Source: an uncultured delta proteobacterium (GTDB lineage: Bacteria; Desulfobacterota; Desulfobacteria; Desulfobacterales; B30-G6). From it: a DNA stretch of 24,186 bases. The DNA lies in NCBI GenBank assembly GCA_963823335.1, contig CAWGLD010000011.1, positions 1 to 24,186 of the forward strand, given 5' to 3'. The notes beneath the pieces were generated by a model that worked only from the letters and a program-made list of their open reading frames with translations, searched no databases and had not been told where the DNA came from. Both the position numbers and the translations under genes were made by a program. Shown piece by piece: positions 1 through 8,710 of this stretch (its first letter is position 1; each line of letters begins with the position of its first letter).

Positions 1-229
1 CTCCTTCCCGTTTGTCATCTCAAAGGTAGCTACTGCAAAAATACAGATATATAAAGAGACTATCGAAAAAGCCAAAAGTGACAATTTCATACTAATTTAC
101 TCTTTTTTTAAATTTTACCACAACAACTAAGACAATGACATCCTTGAAATTATTATATGGCTATAGTATGAACACTGAAAAAAAGGTTCTATACGTGATC
201 GACTAAAACAATATTGAGGAAATCTTATT

Positions 230-1111
230 ATGGCCAGATTATTGCCAATTTTATTAGTCCAAGCACCATCCCGTAGAATAGACACAGAGTTACAGGTTTT
301 TGAAGATGATTTGGAAGAACTGCTGGCAGATTACCAGGAAACCAGATTAGTTGTCTTTCCTGAAATTCATCTTTGTGGAGCAACTGGAACGCCTACCCAA
401 AGGGCTGAACAACTTGAAAAAGCGGCACAACCAATAGATGGACCAAGAACAAGGCAATTAATCGATATCGCACGTAAATATAACATTTGGTTGATTCCTG
501 GGACACTATGTGAACGTGCTCAGGATGGCTCCTTATATAATACAGCAATAGTTATTTCGCCTGACGGTACGGTTGCAGCAACGTATCGTAAATGCTTTCC
601 ATGGAGACCATACGAGCCATACAAACCTGGTCAACAATTTACTGTTTTCGAAATTCCGGGAATTGGATTAATTGGATTGGCTATATGTTATGATATCTGG
701 TTTCCTGAGGTTGTCAGACAATTAGCATGGATGGGGGCAGAAGTGATCATAAATCCGGCGCAAACCTCAACGATTGATCGAGCCCACGAGATACTCCTAG
801 TCAGGGCAAATTCAATATTTAATCAGGTCTTCATGGTAAGTGTTAATGCTTCATCACCTTCAGGGACAGGTCAAAGTTTAGTTACAGACCCTGAAGGAAA
901 TATTCGGGTAAAATCGCCTAGTGAAGCTCCGACAATCCTTACGGATGTACTCAACCTTGATGAAGTTAGTCGTGTCCGCAAATATGGAACTGCCGGTCTT
1001 AACCGAATCTGGCACCACTTCAAAGAAGGCGATCGACCGCTTGAACTACCCGCATATGAAGGGCGAATTGACCCAGCACGGTGGTCATCAAATTTGAAGC
1101 ACGAATATTGA
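230..1111 (+). CDS. Carbon-nitrogen hydrolase (nitrilase/amidohydrolase superfamily)
   Basis: Glu-Lys-Cys triad in typical contexts (VFPEI, YRKCFPW, ICYDIWFPE). GAGGA RBS upstream. Confidence 0.93.
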   Translation: MARLLPILLVQAPSRRIDTELQVFEDDLEELLADYQETRLVVFPEIHLCGATGTPTQRAEQLEKAAQPIDGPRTRQLIDIARKYNIWLIPGTLCERAQDGSLYNTAIVISPDGTVAATYRKCFPWRPYEPYKPGQQFTVFEIPGIGLIGLAICYDIWFPEVVRQLAWMGAEVIINPAQTSTIDRAHEILLVRANSIFNQVFMVSVNASSPSGTGQSLVTDPEGNIRVKSPSEAPTILTDVLNLDEVSRVRKYGTAGLNRIWHHFKEGDRPLELPAYEGRIDPARWSSNLKHEY

Positions 1112-1135
1112 TAATAAGGCGAAAAGGACATTTCA

Positions 1136-1624
1136 ATGAAAGCAAGCATTGACGATATGGATTCAAAAATCATCTCACTTTTAGAAAAGAACGGACGAAT
1201 GGCGAACACGGAGTTGGCTAAAAAACTCAAAACATCGGAAACCACAATCAGAAAGCGAATTAAGCGTCTCATTGACAACAAGCTTATTAAAATTGTTGCT
1301 ATAAGAAATAGGGCTAAGCTGGGGTACGAACTGAGTGGGAACATCAGGATAACGGCGGATACTAAGAAAACCAAAATAATTGGAAGCAGTTTATGCAAAA
1401 TGGATCAGATATGGTACGTTGCACAATTGGCAGGATATGATGATTTTGATGTGGAGTTTAGTGTAGCATCACAACATGACCTGTTGCTTCTGCTTGATAA
1501 AATAAACAGAATAGATGGAGTTATCAGCACCAGACCTTCTATTCGGCTTAATCTCATCAAACACTTGGGTGAGTTTATGGCTGCATTTATCGAAGGAAAA
1601 GGCGTAAATATGATCAAAGGGTAA
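1136..1624 (+). CDS. Lrp/AsnC family transcriptional regulator (copy 1)
   Basis: N-terminal DDMDSKIISLLEKNGRMANTELAKKL..SETTIRKRIKRL helix-turn-helix. C-terminal RAM-like domain (AGYDDFDVEF). 162 aa. Confidence 0.93.
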   Translation: MKASIDDMDSKIISLLEKNGRMANTELAKKLKTSETTIRKRIKRLIDNKLIKIVAIRNRAKLGYELSGNIRITADTKKTKIIGSSLCKMDQIWYVAQLAGYDDFDVEFSVASQHDLLLLLDKINRIDGVISTRPSIRLNLIKHLGEFMAAFIEGKGVNMIKG

Positions 1625-1724
1625 GTTATTCCAGCTAAAGAGACGTGCGTATAAATATCTTTTCGGGTAAAGCACATCACAAAGAATATCAAAGAAAGAC
1701 GGTTTCGACCAACTGTCATACCAT

Positions 1725-1827
1725 CGCAAATTTTACTCCGTCCCCATTCAAAGATGTGGCGTCTTTAAAACACCCCACCTCATCCACTTTAAATGGGTAA
1801 CTCGATTGTTGCCTGGGCCAGGTCATA
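1725..1827 (-). pseudogene. Possible decayed fragment of a family-5 (oligopeptide/dipeptide) ABC solute-binding protein
   Basis: Minus strand 1799-1725 reads YPFKVDEVGCFKDATSLNGDGVKFA, resembling the YTFKLRxGVKFHDGTPxxAxDVKFS signature. YDLAQA lies just upstream in another frame. Confidence 0.35.
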
Positions 1828-2457
1828 CGTGAAGTGGGTCAAGCAAATAGAAAATTATGCCTACCACCGCTAAAAAATCAGATGTGTGGATATCGAATGT
1901 TAAAAAAATCTTCCCCGGGCGATACACTTTGAGCTCAAATGGAAATCCAATCATGGATTCCCAGCTTCTACCGGCGAGTTATTCTGAATAATTATCTAAT
2001 AATAAATAATATTTTATATTTAGTTGCCGTTAAAGGGTGGTGCCGAAAAATGGCCACCTTGGACGAATCGGCAGCAATATTAACCAAGTTCGTCAAAATA
2101 CGAATATCGTTTAATATTATTATATTCAGAACGATATATGTAAAATATTATTTGACAATCGAATCTTACTTGCTTAAGGGTATATATCACACCCAGTAAG
2201 AATGAAATACTTAACAGTAATAGAATGCATCGGTAACGGCCATTCATGGGTCTAATTATTTTAGGTTTCATGAATTTTAACGTTTTTGCATCTTGAATAG
2301 ACTATCTCTTCCATAGGTGGGTGGAATAATATGTACCCACAATATACACTCTGCTTTTTTTAACACCGCGGTGTCTACAGTATTCATCGGGCCAAACCCA
2401 GCGGGGCTTTGGTAATACTGGTATTATCATAAATACCCAAAACTAAGGAGGTAAGTG

Positions 2458-3819
2458 ATGGTTGAAGAAACAAAATCGTTACGGAGGGTCATGGGCGGGA
2501 TGGCGATGTTTGCAATGGCTGCTGGATCTATTATCGGGCCTTGGCTGGTAATGATGCAGTGGTGGATATCCCTGTCTGGTCCTTCAATTGCGCTAGCATT
2601 TGTCATCACCGGATTATTATGTATCCCCATAGGCCTGGTGTATGGTGAGATGACCAGTATGCTGCCAAACGTTGGCGGGCCTTTTGTTTTCATTTACAAT
2701 GCGTTTGGAAAGGAGGCCGCATTTTGGGGTGCATGGAGTCTTATGCTTGCGTACTCAACCGTTATTGCATTCCAGCTATATGCGATCGGGGGCCTCATTT
2801 CTTATCTCTGGTGGCCGGAAATGCCGCATACCGCACTGGTGGTCATCTGCATTGTTCTTTGCCTTATCCTCTTTTTCATGAATTCTAAAGCACTTTCTCT
2901 GAGTTCCAATGCCCAGATAGTCATGTTTTTTGTACTTGTTATTATAGGTGTCGGTACAATGATCGCCTTTATTACGCACCCGTCATTTTCCACGGATAAT
3001 TGGACGCCATTCTTTACGACAGGAACAGGTGGTTTCTTAACGGCAACCGCCTTGATGGTGACGATGTATTTCGGCTTCGAACTTGTTCCTCAATTTGCTG
3101 AAGAATCTAAATATCCAGTTAAAAAGTTGTGGATACCGCTCATCGGGTCTATCATATTTTGTATTTTGTTTTACTCAGGGTTATGCATCGTCAACAGCGG
3201 TATGCTGCCGTTTGATGCGCTATCAAAAATGGAAATGACGAGTGCCTCACTCTTAAAAACCCATTTTGGTGTTGCTGCTCAATACGCCATGGCAATAGCG
3301 ACTCTTCTGGCATGTTTCACATGTCTCAATGGATTCTGGCTTGGATCGATAAGACTCATGTATAGTATGGGAGAAGCTCGTATACTACCGCGTTGGTTTG
3401 GCGGCTTGAACGAGTCTGACGTCCCAAGCAATGCCAACGTAGCGATTCTTCTGATTGTGTTTGTATTTATCGCGATATCGGGAACGCGTTGGCTGGAATC
3501 TTTGTTTACCTTAATGGCAATTGGTGTGTCCATCTGCTACGCTTTCTCTTCTGCGGCGCATATAAAGCTGCGTAATAAACATCCAGAATGGCAAAGGCCT
3601 TGGAAGGCACCGGGCGGAGTAGGCATGGGCGTTCTTGCTGTTATTTGTAGCCTGGTGATGGCCTATTATACATTTAAGTATTTTGATGTCACCCTCTGGG
3701 TTCTGTTCGTGATCTATTTTATAGGTTTAGGCGGTCCTGTATGGCTTTACCTAAGGCATAGACGGAAACAGTCTCCGGATGTGTATGTCATTAATGTACC
3801 AACCGGAACAGTAGAATAA
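2458..3819 (+). CDS. APC family amino acid/polyamine permease
   Basis: About 12 hydrophobic segments. Motifs GSIIG (TM1), YGEMTSMLPNVGG, YFGFE (TM6) and RPWKAPGG. AAGGAGG RBS at 2445-2451 favours ATG 2458. Confidence 0.93.
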   Translation: MVEETKSLRRVMGGMAMFAMAAGSIIGPWLVMMQWWISLSGPSIALAFVITGLLCIPIGLVYGEMTSMLPNVGGPFVFIYNAFGKEAAFWGAWSLMLAYSTVIAFQLYAIGGLISYLWWPEMPHTALVVICIVLCLILFFMNSKALSLSSNAQIVMFFVLVIIGVGTMIAFITHPSFSTDNWTPFFTTGTGGFLTATALMVTMYFGFELVPQFAEESKYPVKKLWIPLIGSIIFCILFYSGLCIVNSGMLPFDALSKMEMTSASLLKTHFGVAAQYAMAIATLLACFTCLNGFWLGSIRLMYSMGEARILPRWFGGLNESDVPSNANVAILLIVFVFIAISGTRWLESLFTLMAIGVSICYAFSSAAHIKLRNKHPEWQRPWKAPGGVGMGVLAVICSLVMAYYTFKYFDVTLWVLFVIYFIGLGGPVWLYLRHRRKQSPDVYVINVPTGTVE

Positions 3820-3995
3820 AGGCGGATATCACCCCAGGGATAAGACGGATAACCGTGGCGCCTGGTTTCGGCAAAGTCCGCAGCGTTTAGATGGAAGTTC
3901 AAAGAACAAAGAGAGATATCAATGGCCCAGGGGTGTACCCGTTGGGAGCTATATGCGATAACTGTCGAAAAAATTAGTTAATAAGGGGGGTCAAG

Positions 3996-5252
3996 ATGAA
4001 GTTCGAAGACAAATTTTCATTACCGCAAGAATGGCTCAGTGATGAGTCAAAACGGATTGTTGAAAGTTGCCGTGAAATCGTTGAAAAAGAGATATTTCCG
4101 GTACGGTTGGAACTCGATGAAGATTGGAAAGACCATAAAATTTATGAGAAGTTATTGAAAAAACTCATGCTGGATTTTGGTTGGCAGTGTGCTCCGTGGC
4201 CAAAAGAATTCGGTGGTTTCGAGCTTGACACGATTACCTACTGCCTGTGTTTGGAGGAGATGGACCGGGGTGACTCCGGTCTGGCGACGGCTGCAGATTG
4301 TGGCAATTGGGCTTTCCTGCCCATTTTCGCACCATTTCCCAACGAAGTTTTGATAAAGAAATTCGCCCCGCTCGCCTGCCAGACCGATAAGCTTTTTATT
4401 GGTTGTGCGGCTATCACTGATGAACGCAGCGGGTCGGATGTGGAAAATATTGATGGGACCCATGGGAAATATGTTGCAACCACTGCCGAACTTGACGGAG
4501 ATGAGTGGGTCATCAATGGTCATAAACTGTGGCCGACCAATTCCGGTGGTGTGGCCGATCTGTTTGCCGTGTTTTGTACAACCAATCCGGGTGTGGAAGA
4601 TGACGGGGCAGTTGCCATCATCTATGTGCCAGCAGACACGCCGGGTGTACGCCAGGGTGACCCCTACCAGAAAGCCGGTATGTCGGGTGATAAAAACGGC
4701 GATGTCTGGTTTGAGAACGTTCGCGTACCCAAGGAAAACCGTGCGAATCTGAACCCCGGCGATGATGCCAAGGCCGCCCGGTTGTTTATGAGCGCCGGCA
4801 ACATTGGCGCCTCGGCACAGGCATTGGGCATCATGCGCAACTGTTACGAACTGGTTAAGGAGTGGTGTGACAAGCGTGTTGTTGGTGGCAAAATCCTGAA
4901 AGAGCATAGCATTACCGCCGGGATTTTGGCGGACATTGCCATGATGATCGAAGTCAGTCGTTCTGACACCTATATGAAAGCCCGTATGATGGATAATCCC
5001 GAGCCTTATGGAATCGATCCGGCTGGTAAGGAATTTTTGGCTAAAACAAGGGCGAACAAACTGTTTGTGACCGACCAGATGACCATTATCATCAACAAAG
5101 CCATGGATCTGATGGGCTCCCATGGTTATGCCCGGGAAGGCCACATCGAGAAGCACTGGCGGGACAGTAAAATGATCAGCCTCTGGATGGGAGGGCGCAC
5201 TTTGGCCAAGCTGGATATTGCCCGGCATTTTTATGACTGTAAAACCTTTTAG
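3996..5252 (+). CDS. Acyl-CoA dehydrogenase family flavoprotein with atypical active site
   Basis: Motifs AITDERSGSD, WVINGHKLWPTN, VWFENVRVP and MGSHGYAREGHIEKHWRD. WMGG replaces the canonical YEG. Confidence 0.9.
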   Translation: MKFEDKFSLPQEWLSDESKRIVESCREIVEKEIFPVRLELDEDWKDHKIYEKLLKKLMLDFGWQCAPWPKEFGGFELDTITYCLCLEEMDRGDSGLATAADCGNWAFLPIFAPFPNEVLIKKFAPLACQTDKLFIGCAAITDERSGSDVENIDGTHGKYVATTAELDGDEWVINGHKLWPTNSGGVADLFAVFCTTNPGVEDDGAVAIIYVPADTPGVRQGDPYQKAGMSGDKNGDVWFENVRVPKENRANLNPGDDAKAARLFMSAGNIGASAQALGIMRNCYELVKEWCDKRVVGGKILKEHSITAGILADIAMMIEVSRSDTYMKARMMDNPEPYGIDPAGKEFLAKTRANKLFVTDQMTIIINKAMDLMGSHGYAREGHIEKHWRDSKMISLWMGGRTLAKLDIARHFYDCKTF

Positions 5253-5526
5253 CCCAGAGGGTGAAATATAAATAGCGTAAGGTTCATAACGGGGTTTTCT
5301 ATCTGCTTGGAATGGGGTTGTAAACCCCGTCGTGGAACTGAAAGCCTTTCCCCAATAGTAAGTGACGTGTTTTGTGTTAACGTGGAGAGGCTTCTGCGGA
5401 TGAATACAGCACCGATCCGTCGGACGGAGCCGTTGACCGATTCCGGCACCAGTCAAGCGTGACACTATCAAAATCGCGGATGTACGGGATTGAATACTAG
5501 CGCTGAAGAATATGAAGGGATTGCCA

Positions 5527-5997
5527 ATGAAAGAAGCCGTAGATGATATGGACTTGAAAATCATTAAGCTTCTGGAAAAAGACGGGCGGATACCGAATAC
5601 GGAGTCAGCTAAAAAACTCAAAATATCGGAAACAACGGTCAGAAAAAGAATAAAGCGCCTTATCGATACCGGCCTTATCAAAATTGTGGCCATAAGAAAT
5701 CAAGCCAAACTCGGTTATGGCCTGAGCGGCAATATAAGAATTAGGGCAGACACCAGAAAAACGGAGAAAATTGCCAACCACTTGAGTGCCATGGATCAGA
5801 TATGGTACATTGCCCAATTGGCCGGACACGATCAGTTTGACATCGAGTTCAGCGTTAGGTCACAACACGATCTTGTAGGTCTGCTTGACAAAATAAATAA
5901 AATAGATGGTGTCTTCAACACAAGGCCTTCGATTCGTCTGCAGTTGACGAAGCATTTGGGTGAGTATATGGCAAAGTTCGGATCGGATAAAAATTAG
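5527..5997 (+). CDS. Lrp/AsnC family transcriptional regulator (copy 2)
   Basis: Ungapped alignment to copy 1 from ATG 5527, 113/151 identical by manual count. Alternative ATG at 5512. Confidence 0.92.
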   Translation: MKEAVDDMDLKIIKLLEKDGRIPNTESAKKLKISETTVRKRIKRLIDTGLIKIVAIRNQAKLGYGLSGNIRIRADTRKTEKIANHLSAMDQIWYIAQLAGHDQFDIEFSVRSQHDLVGLLDKINKIDGVFNTRPSIRLQLTKHLGEYMAKFGSDKN

Positions 5998-6115
5998 GAG
6001 CGAATGAAACAAAAGTCCGATCGAATAGGTTCCTTTGCGTTACCTGCACTTAACAATCTCACAACATTTTTATATCGTGTTAAACAAGGAAACCAAAATC
6101 ATTGGAGGAAACCAG

Positions 6116-7144
6116 ATGAACCAGTCAATGACACCTAAAGAGCATTTTATAGCTGCGATCAATCACCAGGAAGTCGATTATATGCCCACTTGTGGTCCTT
6201 TTCAAGGGATTTGGGCGTTAGCAGAAAACGGAGTGCCAGTAGGTGAAAGCATCGCGAAACCAGAATTGGCCGCCGAAGCGCAGTTGAAAGCGATCCAATC
6301 CTGTGATTTCGACGGCCTCGAGGTTATGTGGGATTGGCTATCGCCGGTTGAGGTGCTTGGGGGTGAAATACAGATGCCGGATGTGGGAGCCCCCATCACC
6401 ATGAAACATGTTATCGAAGATCATGCGTCTTTGTCGAAACTTCAGGTTCCCGATATTGATCGTGACAATCGTTTCAAAAGCTCTGTCCGATCTGCCGAGA
6501 TCTTGATCGATCAACTCGGCAAAGAACGTTATCTCTACTGCACTGCTGTGGCACCGTTTACCCTTGCCGGCGAGATCAGAGGGGTTGAATTTCTCATGCG
6601 CGATTGTTTTAAAAACCCCTCGTTGGTGACCGACCTTCTCCAATTTACCACCGAAGTGCTGACCGGCTACTATGCGTATTTAACCACCCTTGATGTAGAT
6701 GGAATTTTCATTTGCGACCCGACCGCATCCGGTTCGCTAATTTCCCGAAAAGTGTTTGATAAGTTTGCCAAACCTCAAATCAGTGCCATTGCCGATCTGG
6801 TTAAAAAGGCCGGCAAACATGCGATTATACATATTTGTGGTGACATCTCGGATCGGCTGGAAAGCATTATGGATATCAACCATGACGTGCTTTCGGTCGA
6901 TTCCTACGTGGACCTTGAATATGCCAAGAGCGTAATCGGCAATAAAGTGGCAACCCTCGGCAACATCGATGTGGCCACCACATTGTTCATGGGGACGCAA
7001 GAACAGGTTAAAGACGAAATCCTGACGTGTGTGAAAAAAACAGGCAACAGGGGTCATATTTTGGGCGGAGCCTGTGATATTGCGCCTGAAAGCCCCTTGG
7101 CGAATGTAGCCATGTGGAAGCCAGTTCTTAAGAATAAGATATAA
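6116..7144 (+). CDS. Uroporphyrinogen decarboxylase-fold methylcobamide methyltransferase (MtaA/CmuA-like, MT2)
   Basis: Motifs APFTLAGEIRG, ICDPTAS, Zn-type HICG and a C-terminal GGACD Cys, and GNID. GGAGG RBS before ATG 6116. Confidence 0.85.
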   Translation: MNQSMTPKEHFIAAINHQEVDYMPTCGPFQGIWALAENGVPVGESIAKPELAAEAQLKAIQSCDFDGLEVMWDWLSPVEVLGGEIQMPDVGAPITMKHVIEDHASLSKLQVPDIDRDNRFKSSVRSAEILIDQLGKERYLYCTAVAPFTLAGEIRGVEFLMRDCFKNPSLVTDLLQFTTEVLTGYYAYLTTLDVDGIFICDPTASGSLISRKVFDKFAKPQISAIADLVKKAGKHAIIHICGDISDRLESIMDINHDVLSVDSYVDLEYAKSVIGNKVATLGNIDVATTLFMGTQEQVKDEILTCVKKTGNRGHILGGACDIAPESPLANVAMWKPVLKNKI

Positions 7145-7175
7145 ACCCCTGGGTTCAATCAAGGAGTAACTATAT

Positions 7176-7360
7176 TTGGCAATCAAGGAAGAGTTACTCG
7201 AACAATTGAAATCAGCGGTTATTGAATGACTTGAAGACGAAATTACAAGGAGGGTATGCCCCAACATTTCTGGATGATGGGTATGTGGCCCTGGAAGGGA
7301 TCATGGACGGTCTGGCAGCCGGAATGGAAGTGATCGGCGACCTACTATGAACTGAAATAG
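7176..7360 (+). pseudogene. Truncated, frameshifted corrinoid protein (N-terminal B12 cap domain, MtaC/MtbC/MttC-like)
   Basis: AAGGAG RBS at 7161-7166 and TTG start. Reads MAIKEELLEQLKSAVIE*LEDEITRRVC, then (+1) FLDDGYVALEGIMDGLAAGMEVIGDL, then (+1) YELK*. No DxHxxG domain follows. Confidence 0.8.
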
Positions 7361-7441
7361 TGTGATGCCTGGTACTCTCCAACAAAACGGTAGATATCAG
7401 GTGCCGGAAAAACTACCGATGTGCGAAAATAATCACAAATT

Positions 7442-7479
7442 AAAAGGGTGAATCCGAGCCATGGATTTGCCCCTTTTTT
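7442..7479. terminator. Probable bidirectional intrinsic terminator
   Basis: AAAAGGGTGAATCC-loop-GGATTTGCCCCTTTTTT imperfect stem with A and T tails, lying between convergent transcription units. Confidence 0.65.
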
Positions 7480-7567
7480 ATAGTCACAAACCAGCGTTAT
7501 TAGGATCTGCCGTTTGACACGTGGTTTAAAGATGCGATAGATTACATATCGGGCTATTTCGATAGAA

Positions 7568-8011
7568 TTATTCAGAAGGGCTGGTAGCCATCTCTTGTGA
7601 ACGGAGAAGCAAGACCGGTATATCACTATGCCGAACAACTTTTTCGGCAACACTACCAAGTAGCCAGCGGCCAATACCGCTCCTACCATGGGTCGACATA
7701 GCAATCAAATCGATATTATGGCGTTTACTGATCTCAAGAATCTTATCAGCTGGATTCCCGTAAGGTGTATGCAGTTCAATCTCACTTATTCTTTCTGATA
7801 GCTTTTCTTTTTGTTTTTCTAAATATTCCTCCGCTTCCTCAACAACCCTGACCTGTGCATCCGTTGGATCAACGCCCGGCAATACATGTGCTTTTCTGAC
7901 GGAAACTAAATCCAATTTTGCATTCATTAGTAAGGCGAGAGACTCTACCTCAGTCAGGATGCTTTCTGCAAGTTTAGAGCCGTCTAAGGGAACTAATATT
8001 GATTTATACAT
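7568..8011 (-). CDS. Universal stress protein (UspA family)
   Basis: Motifs MYKSILVPLDGS, GNPADKIL and MSTHGRSGIGRWLLGSVAEKVVR. AAGGAGG RBS. Confidence 0.96.
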   Translation of the reverse strand: MYKSILVPLDGSKLAESILTEVESLALLMNAKLDLVSVRKAHVLPGVDPTDAQVRVVEEAEEYLEKQKEKLSERISEIELHTPYGNPADKILEISKRHNIDLIAMSTHGRSGIGRWLLGSVAEKVVRHSDIPVLLLRSQEMATSPSE

Positions 8012-8217
8012 GACGACCTCCTTTCGTAGCCATGCCAGTACTGCTTTTTAGTACGAAAAGCTGGCAGAATTAATAGGCTTGCTCTTGTAGCGATTCATCT
8101 GTCGTGGTTGTCGATAAACAGGTAGAGAAATACAAAATTAATAGAATTTAAAACCTGATGAGATACAGGATTTCAGATGCCGCTTCCGTATTTTGATGTG
8201 TTTAAAAACATATTATT

Positions 8218-8245
8218 AGAATAAATATTAATATTCCAGTGTCAA
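8218..8245 (-). promoter_or_regulatory. Putative sigma-70 promoter for the usp gene
   Basis: TTGACA-N16-TATTCT on the minus strand, about 200 nt upstream of the ATG. Confidence 0.5.
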
Positions 8246-8628
8246 GTATAATCCGATTCAGGATATAAATGCTCCTTTCACAAGATAACAATACAGCCCC
8301 CAGCACTATATAATCCGCAAAGTGATGATTCAGACACATACAAGATGTAGTATTATGGAGAATTCAACGAAAAGGGATAGATTTGCTTCCAAAGTCTTAA
8401 ATAATTGATAAGCAAACCCATTCTATAAGTCTTCAGTCAATTCCTACCAAAATTACAAGATAAATCTCATGAAAAATTGACAACCCCTCGAAAAGACATC
8501 ATAAAGGAGTCTTGTGACAATAATAGTGGTGGTCCGGTGGTGACTTGGTCATTTTCTCTATGTCTGAGTGTATTGAAGGTTTGTTTTGCAAATCAAACCA
8601 TATTCTCCACATTATCCAGTCTTACCTG

Positions 8629-8657
8629 TTGACATCGGCCAAGAAAACTTGTATTTT
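8629..8657 (+). promoter_or_regulatory. Putative sigma-70 promoter of the nucleotidyltransferase module
   Basis: TTGACA (8629-8634), N17, TATTTT (8652-8657). Confidence 0.55.
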
Positions 8658-8709
8658 TATGTACAATTTAATGTATGTATAAATACATATTATTGTATAA
8701 ATAAATACA
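8650..8709. promoter_or_regulatory. Array of three TGTA-N8-TACA palindromic boxes with exact 22-bp period
   Basis: Boxes at 8650-8665, 8672-8687 and 8694-8709. Box 1 overlaps the -10 element and box 3 ends just before ATG 8711. Confidence 0.75.
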
Positions 8710-8710
8710 A

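Noticed and set aside
1-6. CTCCTT, an RBS on the minus strand implying a divergent gene left of the window
   Set aside because: The gene would lie outside the window and cannot be verified.
871-2271. Short ORFs antisense to Lrp copy 1 or in the AT-rich spacer (e.g. 1939-2199, 2080-2271)
   Set aside because: No RBS or family motifs. They are expected by chance or as shadows.
4152-5693. 513-aa antisense ORF
   Set aside because: It is a shadow of the acyl-CoA dehydrogenase and Lrp genes, with no recognisable motifs.
5995-6115. TAG readthrough after Lrp copy 2, or the extended TTG start (6035) of the methyltransferase
   Set aside because: The Lrp is already full length. A strong GGAGG supports ATG 6116.
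7227-7360. In-frame TGA and TAG in the corrinoid remnant as selenocysteine or pyrrolysine recoding
   Set aside because: Frameshifts and loss of the whole B12-binding domain indicate decay. No recoding machinery is in the window.
8504-8543. AAGGAG followed by a 9-codon GTG mini-ORF
   Set aside because: Too short to support without conservation or ribosome profiling.
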